Origin: Acidobacteriota bacterium
GTDB lineage: Bacteria; Acidobacteriota; Vicinamibacteria; Vicinamibacterales; UBA2999
NCBI GenBank assembly: GCA_040754955.1
Contig: JBFMCA010000007.1
Location: 6,123-70,122, forward strand
Length of the DNA stretch: 64,000 bases
Direction: 5' to 3'
Below the pieces are notes generated by a model that did not search any database, was not told the origin of the DNA, and was given only the letters and a program-made list of their open reading frames with translations. The translations under genes and the position numbers were made by a program. Each line of letters starts with the position of its first letter. The first letter of the stretch is position 1. This document shows positions 58,013 through 64,000 of this stretch, in pieces.

Positions 58013-60333
58013 GAGGTGCCGCCGTCGCGCTGGTGGCGGTGCTCGTCGGGGCGGCCCACGCGCCCTTTCTGCCGTCGTCGCTCGAAGACATCGACTCGGT
58101 GAACTTCGCGCTGGGGGTCCGCGAGTTCGACGTCGCCGCACACCGGCCCCACCCGCCCGGGTATCCCGTCTACATCGCGCTCGGCAAGGCGACCGTGCCG
58201 GCCGTGGCGGCGCTCGCGGATCCCGGCACGCGGGCCGCCCTCGACGCACGCGCGCTCGCGGCCGTGTCGCTCGTGTTCGCCGTCATTGCCGTGCCGCTGC
58301 TCTACCGCCTCTTCGCGTGCCTGTCGCCGCCCCCCGGCGAGGGCCTCGCGCCGCCGTGGCGGACGTTCCACGCGCCGGCGTTTGCGGCGGCGGCGGTCAC
58401 CACGGCGTCGCCGCTCGCCTGGTACATGAGCGTGCGGCCGATGAGCGACGTACCCGGCCTCGCCGCGGCCCTCGCGTCCCAGGTCTGCCTGGCGCTCGCG
58501 TGGTGGCGCCAGCGCCCCGACGCGAGCGGCGATCGGCGGCTCTCGCCGGAGGCGACGGCCGCGTCGGGCCGGATGATCGTGCTCGGCGCCTTCCTGGCTG
58601 CCATCGCGATCGGCGTCCGCTCGCAGCCGATGTGGCTGACGCTGCCGCTGCTGGCGCTGGTGCTCGTCGATCGCATCGGACGCGGCGTCGCCGGCGCGCT
58701 CCTCGGCAGCGGCCTGACGTTCGGCCTCGGCGCCCTCGCGTGGGCGGTGCCGCTCATCGCCGCGAGCGGCGGCTGGAACGCCTACCTGGCCGCGCTCGGC
58801 AGTCAGGCCGGCGAGGACTTCGCCGGCGTCGAGATGCTGTACCTGCAGCCGTCGCCGCGGCTGGCCGCCTTCGCGCTGGTGCGCACCTTCATCCATCCGT
58901 GGGACTCGGTGTGGCTGGGCGGCGTGATGATCGGACTCGCGGCCATCGGCGCGGCGGCGCTCCTGTGGCGCGACCGGCGGACGGCGGTGTTCGTCGTCGC
59001 GATGGCGGCGCCGTACCTCCTGTTCCACCTCTTGTTCCAGGACACGACCTTCACCCGCTACGCGTTGCCGCTCGTGCCGGTGGTGGCGTGGCTGGCCGTG
59101 TCCGCGCTCGCGCTGGCCGGGCCACGCGTCATGGCAGCCGGCGCCGCGGCCGTCGTCGTGTGGAGCCTCGCGCTGGCGTGGCCGGCGAGCGTGGCCTACG
59201 CGGCGCGCCCGAGTCCCGTGGTCCGCGCGCTGGCCGAGATGCACGAGGCCGCCACGGCCGGCGCGCCCGGCGCGCTCGCCATGCACCAGACGTTCCGCCG
59301 ACCGCTCGACGCGCAGGACGTCCGGATCGAGCCGCGGCTGCCCTCGCCCCCGCGACGCGAGTGGCTCGAGCTGGCGGCGTACTGGAAGAGCGGCGCCACC
59401 GCGCCGCTGTGGATGCTGGCCGATCCGCACCGGAGCGATCTCGCGCTGGTCGATCCGCGAAGCCGCGAGGATCGGACGCGCTACGCGTGGGATGTCGACA
59501 GCCTGTCGGCGCTCGGCGGCATGCGGCCGGCCGACGTCGTCTGGTACCGCATGCCGCCGCCTGGATGGTTCGCCGAGGAGGGGTGGGCGCTGACCCCCGA
59601 GACGGCCGGCATGGCGCGCCTGATGGGCCGTGGCCCGCATCTCGGCCCGATCACCGCCTGGATCCGCCGGCGCGCGACCGCGGCGCACCTCGTGATCGGC
59701 GGCCGTCACCTCGGCGCGCCGTCGGAATCGCCCGCCGCGTTCAGCCTCGACCTCGACGGGCAGACCGTCGACACGTGGACGGCGGCGCCCGGATTCTTCC
59801 TGCGCCACGTCGATCTCCCCGCTGGCGCGCTGGCTGGCGACGGGCCGCTGGCCCGGCTCGAGGTGCGGTCGCGCGCCGAGAGGCCGGCGCCCACCTCCGT
59901 GGAGCAGTTTGACCTCCAGGATGCCGGCCGGCTCATCTGGGGCTACGGCGAGGGCTGGCACGAAGCCGAGTACTCGCCCGCGCTGGGGGTCTGGCGCTGG
60001 GCGAGCCGCGAGGCCACGCTTCGCGTCTTCGGCGCGCCCGGTCCGGTCGTGCTCCGCCTGACCGCGGAATCGTCGCGCCGGTATTTCGACACGGCTGCCC
60101 GGGTGCGCGTGCTCGTCGGGGGACGCGAGCTGGCGGCCTACGATGCCGACGGCGGCGACGGTCCGGACGTGCGCATTCCGGCAGAGGCCCTCGCGGCAGC
60201 CGGCGGCCGGATTGTGATCGCGACCGACCGTGCCTTCGTGCCCGCCGAGCGCGGCGGCCCCCCCGACCAACGGGCCCTGGCGCTGCGAGTGTTTGCGGTC
60301 GCGCTGGCGCCGGAGTCGTCCGGTTTGCGTTGA
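58009..60333 (+). CDS. Large polytopic membrane protein, GT-C/DUF2723-like glycosyltransferase candidate
   Basis: EDIDSVNFALG...HPPGYPVY N-terminal motif, many TM helices, soluble C-terminal domain. Confidence 0.65.
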   Translation: MRGAAVALVAVLVGAAHAPFLPSSLEDIDSVNFALGVREFDVAAHRPHPPGYPVYIALGKATVPAVAALADPGTRAALDARALAAVSLVFAVIAVPLLYRLFACLSPPPGEGLAPPWRTFHAPAFAAAAVTTASPLAWYMSVRPMSDVPGLAAALASQVCLALAWWRQRPDASGDRRLSPEATAASGRMIVLGAFLAAIAIGVRSQPMWLTLPLLALVLVDRIGRGVAGALLGSGLTFGLGALAWAVPLIAASGGWNAYLAALGSQAGEDFAGVEMLYLQPSPRLAAFALVRTFIHPWDSVWLGGVMIGLAAIGAAALLWRDRRTAVFVVAMAAPYLLFHLLFQDTTFTRYALPLVPVVAWLAVSALALAGPRVMAAGAAAVVVWSLALAWPASVAYAARPSPVVRALAEMHEAATAGAPGALAMHQTFRRPLDAQDVRIEPRLPSPPRREWLELAAYWKSGATAPLWMLADPHRSDLALVDPRSREDRTRYAWDVDSLSALGGMRPADVVWYRMPPPGWFAEEGWALTPETAGMARLMGRGPHLGPITAWIRRRATAAHLVIGGRHLGAPSESPAAFSLDLDGQTVDTWTAAPGFFLRHVDLPAGALAGDGPLARLEVRSRAERPAPTSVEQFDLQDAGRLIWGYGEGWHEAEYSPALGVWRWASREATLRVFGAPGPVVLRLTAESSRRYFDTAARVRVLVGGRELAAYDADGGDGPDVRIPAEALAAAGGRIVIATDRAFVPAERGGPPDQRALALRVFAVALAPESSGLR

Positions 60334-60426
60334 CAATGCACAAATCGCGCCTGTAATCTCGGAGCGCGAAGTGACCGAGGAGGCTCGACCGGATCCAGGG
60401 GATCCCTTGCCAGGAGAGGGCAGACA

Positions 60427-60998
60427 ATGATGGATTTGCGACGGACAGCAGGGCTCACGATCGTAGTCCTGGTGCTGAGCATCGGTGCCACGGCGTGCGC
60501 CAAGAAGGCGCCCGCGCCGGCTCCGCCTCCACCGCCGCCTCCGGCGCCCGCGGCTCCGCCCCCGCCGCCCCCCCGCCGCCGCCGCCCCCACCGCCGGCGC
60601 CGAAGCCGCTGACCGAGGAGGAGATCTTCGCGCGCAAGTCGCTCGAGGAGCTGAACGCCGAGCGGCCGCTGGGCAACGTCTTCTTCGACTACGACAAGTC
60701 CGACATCCGCGACGACGCGCGGCCGGTGCTGCAGAAGAACGCCGACTGGATGAAGCGCTGGAGCTCCACGCGCATCACCGTCGAGGGCCACTGCGACGAG
60801 CGCGGCACGGCCGAGTACAACCTGGCGCTCGGCGAGCGTCGCGCGAACTCGGTGAAGGACTACCTGGTGAGCCTGGGCGTGCCCGCCGATCGCATCGCGG
60901 TCGTGACCAAGGGCAAGGAGTCACCGGTCTGCACCGAGTCGAACGAAGCCTGCTGGCAGCAGAACCGCCGCGGCCACTTCATCATCACGGCGAAGTAA
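60427..60998 (+). CDS. pal: Peptidoglycan-associated lipoprotein Pal (OmpA family), frameshifted in the C7 tract at 60568-60574
   Basis: Lipoprotein signal (GATAC) and Pro linker in one frame; VFFDYDKS, EGHCDERGTAEYNLALGERRA and NRR in another. Adding one C restores a single ORF. Confidence 0.85.
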
Positions 60999-61006
60999 GC
61001 GACGAC

Positions 61007-61089
61007 GGAATGACGAAGAGCGAATGACGAATGACGAAGCGCTTTCGCCCTTCGTCATTCGTCATTCGTCATTCGTCCTTCGTCATTCC
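61007..61089. repeat. Heptamer tandem-repeat hairpin (GAATGAC / GTCATTC) between convergent genes
   Basis: Same motif family as 52959-53050; overlaps the stop of the glutaredoxin-like gene. Confidence 0.85.
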
Positions 61090-61329
61090 CCGTAGCACCC
61101 CCACCAGCTCCGCTTCGCTGATCCGTCCCCGCAGCCGTTCCCGGCCGTCGAGCCAGACCACCGGGATCTCGTGGCGGTAGCGCTCGTCGAGCGCCGGATC
61201 GCGCGTGATGTCGATTTCCTCGACCACGTAGCCGTATGACGGCTGGAGCTCATCGACGAGCAGGCGAAGCTCCTCGCAGAGGTGGCATCCGGGCTTGCCG
61301 TACAACGTGAGCCGATGCGGCGCGCTCAC
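61069..61329 (-). CDS. Glutaredoxin-like protein (DUF836 type)
   Basis: LTLYGKPGCHLCE, EEIDI, RY...IPVV; GTG overlaps the pyrF stop. Confidence 0.85.
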   Translation of the reverse strand: MSAPHRLTLYGKPGCHLCEELRLLVDELQPSYGYVVEEIDITRDPALDERYRHEIPVVWLDGRERLRGRISEAELVGVLRGMTKDE

Positions 61330-62030
61330 CGGGCCTCTGCGGCGATTCGTTCGGCGGCGGCCCTGGGGTCGGCCGCGCCCGTGATTGGGCGCCCGACGAC
61401 CAGATAGGTGGCTCCCGCGGCCACCGCTTCGCGCGGCGCCATGGTGCGCGCCTGGTCGTCGGTGCCGGCCTGGCCGGCCGCGCGGATGCCGGGGGTGACG
61501 ATGGCGAAGTCCGGGCCGCACGCGGCGCGAATCGCCGCGGTCTCGAGGGGCGAGGCGACAACGCCGTCGAGCCCGGCGGCCTGCGCCAGCCGGGCGAGAT
61601 GCACGACGTGCTCGAGCACGGGACGCGTCACGCCGGTCTCGGCGAGCGCCGGCTGATCGAGGCTGGTCAGGACGGTGACGCCGATCACGAGCGGGCGCGC
61701 GACGCCGGCGGCCGCGGCGGCCTGTCGGGCGGACTCGACGGCGGCGGCCATCATGGCGCGGCCGCCGGAGGCGTGCACGTTGACCATCCACGCGCCGGTC
61801 GCCACGGCCGCCCGGACGGCGCCGGCGACGGTGTTCGGGATGTCGTGGAACTTCAGATCGAGGAAGACGCGGTCGCCGCGCTCGGCGAGCGCCCGGACGA
61901 CGGCGGGGCCTTCGGCGGTGAACAGCTGCTTGCCGATCTTGAAGCCGGCCACGCTCCCGCGCAGTCGATCGGCGAGCGCGAGGGCGCCGGCGGCGGTGTC
62001 CACGTCGAGCGCGACGAGCACGCGGTTCAC
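61326..62030 (-). CDS. pyrF: Orotidine-5'-phosphate decarboxylase
   Basis: VALDV, FLDLKFHDIPNTV, VTPGIR, VVGRPIT. Confidence 0.96.
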   Translation of the reverse strand: MNRVLVALDVDTAAGALALADRLRGSVAGFKIGKQLFTAEGPAVVRALAERGDRVFLDLKFHDIPNTVAGAVRAAVATGAWMVNVHASGGRAMMAAAVESARQAAAAAGVARPLVIGVTVLTSLDQPALAETGVTRPVLEHVVHLARLAQAAGLDGVVASPLETAAIRAACGPDFAIVTPGIRAAGQAGTDDQARTMAPREAVAAGATYLVVGRPITGAADPRAAAERIAAEAR

Positions 62031-62959
62031 GCGTGCACGGCCTTTCGCGGCGTCGTGTCGAGCGCGCCCACGAGATCGGCGATGCGCGCGATGCCGTGGC
62101 GGTCGAGATACGCGACCAGCCCGTCGCGGATCTTGCCCCACACGAACGGATCGACGAAGTTGGCGGTGCCGATCTGCACGGCGGTTGCGCCCGCGAGGAT
62201 GAACTCCAGCGCGTCGCGGGCATCCATGATGCCGCCCATGCCGATGACGGGGATCTTCACGGCCTGGCGGCACTCCCACACCATGCGGACCGCGATGGGG
62301 CGGATGGCCGGACCGCTCAGGCCGCCCAGGACGTTCGACAGCTTCGGCCGCCGCGTCTCGACGTCGATGGCCATCGCGAGGAAGGTGTTGACGAGGGAGA
62401 CGGCGTCGGCGCCGGCGTCCTCGGCGGCGCGCGCGAACGACGCGACGTCGGTCACGTTCGGCGTCAGCTTGGGAATGACCGGCAGGTGCGTGGCCTTCCG
62501 CACGGCGCTCGTCACGTCGTGGGTGCCCGTCAGGCTGCAGCCGAACTGGATGCCGCCCTCCTTGATGTTGGGGCACGAGATGTTGAGCTCGAGCGCGCTC
62601 ACGCCGTCGGCGTCGGTGAGCACCTTCGCGACCTCCACGTACTCGTCGAGGGTGGAGCCGCAGATGTTGACGATGGTGCGGGCGCCGCGCGCCCTGAGCG
62701 CCGGGAGCTTCTCGCGCACGAACCGGTGCACGCCGATGCCCTGCAGGCCGATGGCGTTGAGCATGCCCGAGGGAGTTTCGACGATGCGCTCGGGCGGGTG
62801 GCCCTCGCGCTCCGCGAGGAAGAGCCCTTTGACGGCCACGCCGCCCAGGGAGGCGAGGTCGACGACCTCGTCGTACTCGAGGCCGTACCCGAAGCAGCCG
62901 CTGGCCGCGATGAGCGGCGTGGGCAGCTCGAGCGTGCCGATCCGGACGGACAGATCCAT
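62027..62959 (-). CDS. pyrD: Dihydroorotate dehydrogenase (class 1B catalytic subunit)
   Basis: ASGCFGYG, NAIGLQ, ELNISCPN, KLTPNV, GGLSGPAIRP. Confidence 0.95.
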   Translation of the reverse strand: MDLSVRIGTLELPTPLIAASGCFGYGLEYDEVVDLASLGGVAVKGLFLAEREGHPPERIVETPSGMLNAIGLQGIGVHRFVREKLPALRARGARTIVNICGSTLDEYVEVAKVLTDADGVSALELNISCPNIKEGGIQFGCSLTGTHDVTSAVRKATHLPVIPKLTPNVTDVASFARAAEDAGADAVSLVNTFLAMAIDVETRRPKLSNVLGGLSGPAIRPIAVRMVWECRQAVKIPVIGMGGIMDARDALEFILAGATAVQIGTANFVDPFVWGKIRDGLVAYLDRHGIARIADLVGALDTTPRKAVHA

Positions 62960-62961
62960 CG

Positions 62962-63789
62962 TCAGTCCCACACGAGGCCGGCGCCGTCGAAGACGGGCCC
63001 GGCGATGCACGAGCGGACGAAGTGGGGTGGCTCGGCACCCTGCTTCACGGGCACCACACAGCTGTAGCAGCCGCCGAGGCCGCATCCCATGGTCCGCTCG
63101 ACGGACACCTCCGACGGCTGGCCGTGTCTCGCGGCCAGCCTGGCGACGGCCTCGAGCATCGGTTCCGGGCCGCACGCCTGTACCATCGCCATGCCCGGTC
63201 CGCCGAGCCTCGCGAGCGCGGCCTCGAGCGGCGTGGTCACGCGCCCGCGCGCGCCGCGGCTGCCGTCCTCGGTGGCGAGCGCCAGGGTGACGCCGAGCCG
63301 CTCGAAGTAGTCGAGGTAGAACAGCTCGCCCCCGGTTCGCGCGCCGTAGAAGAGCGTCGCCGGCGTCCCCGCGCGCGCCAGGGCTTCGGCGAGCGTGGCG
63401 AAGGGCGCGAGCCCCACGCCGCCCGCCACCATCCACGCCTGCTGCGGCGCTCCGACGACGGTGAAGCTGCGCCCGAGCGGACCGAGACACTGGACGCGGT
63501 CGCCAGGCTCGAGGTCGTAGAGGAGGCGCGTGGAGCGTCCGGCAATCTTGTTCAGGATGCTGATGGCGGTGACGGCGCCGGACGCGTCGCGCAGGACCTC
63601 GAAGACCGAGAACGGCCGCCGGAGCAGCGGGTCGGTGCCCGGCGTGGCCTTGATCATCACGAACTGCCCGGGCGCCGTCTGCTCGCCCACCGCCGGCGCC
63701 TCGAGCGCGAGCACGCTGTAGCCGTGCCCGAGGCGCACGTTGGCGATCACGCGCGCGTCGACGTCGATCGGGGGCATCGCGTCGATCAT
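62962..63789 (-). CDS. pyrK: Dihydroorotate dehydrogenase electron transfer subunit
   Basis: PGQFVM, LRRPFS, GGVGLAP, CGPEPM, MGCGLGGCYSC...C 2Fe-2S motif. Confidence 0.93.
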   Translation of the reverse strand: MIDAMPPIDVDARVIANVRLGHGYSVLALEAPAVGEQTAPGQFVMIKATPGTDPLLRRPFSVFEVLRDASGAVTAISILNKIAGRSTRLLYDLEPGDRVQCLGPLGRSFTVVGAPQQAWMVAGGVGLAPFATLAEALARAGTPATLFYGARTGGELFYLDYFERLGVTLALATEDGSRGARGRVTTPLEAALARLGGPGMAMVQACGPEPMLEAVARLAARHGQPSEVSVERTMGCGLGGCYSCVVPVKQGAEPPHFVRSCIAGPVFDGAGLVWD

Positions 63790-63813
63790 ACCTTAGCGGC
63801 GTACAATCGGCGC

Positions 63814-64000
63814 GTGCGGTACCTGCGCATGCTGACGAACGCGGCCATCGCCGGCGCGCTCGCGTCCGCGTACCTGACGACGCTCGTGCTGCAGCTCAAC
63901 CCCGCGTATCCCCTGGCGCCTGCCGCGCTCCTGCCGCTGGCCTTCACGCTGGGGCTTGCCTACGGCGCGAACCTCGCCGTCCTCTTCTACGCCGCCATCG
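63814..64000 (+). CDS. Membrane protein, N-terminal fragment (runs off the window)
   Basis: GTG 6 nt after TACAAT; RYLRMLTNAAIAGALASAYLTTLVLQLNP..., open to the window end. Confidence 0.6.
   Translation, partial: MRYLRMLTNAAIAGALASAYLTTLVLQLNPAYPLAPAALLPLAFTLGLAYGANLAVLFYAAI

Overview
Very GC-rich bacterial chromosomal window. Gene content and the microcompartment locus suggest Acidobacteriota, possibly Vicinamibacteria-like; this is inference, not proven. Most of it is housekeeping: yebC-ruvCAB-fabH, queA, tRNA(CAT)-tilS-ftsH-folP-cdaA-cdaR-glmM-pdxJ, nth, queE-queC, ilvBNC, a Gld-like ABC system with dacB, an ArsR-P1B ATPase metal module, larE, pal and pyrK-pyrD-pyrF. The standout is a cassette of about 6 kb (8.5-14.7 kb) between ruvB-fabH and queA. 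It carries two tandem units, each a signal-peptide-bearing S8 (subtilisin-like) protease translationally coupled to a RimJ/RimL-type GNAT acetyltransferase and followed by a terminator. Each protease ends in a long run of short Trp-Gly repeats: 14x N[I/V]VWG in unit 1 and 20x NVVWG in unit 2. This may be an uncharacterised protease-fused multicore peptide or repeat-fibre system. Also notable: a compact bacterial microcompartment locus (class II aldolase, 1 BMC-H, 3 BMC-P, a small Cys-rich protein with an encapsulation peptide, a 2-hydroxyacid dehydrogenase); a 22-bp palindrome inside ruvC; short-tandem-repeat hairpins overlapping gene ends; a LysW-like acidic Zn-ribbon protein before larE; a frameshifted pal; and many apparently leaderless genes. 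No CRISPR array, rRNA, transposase or integrase was seen. Several starts were adjusted by eye from the ORF track.
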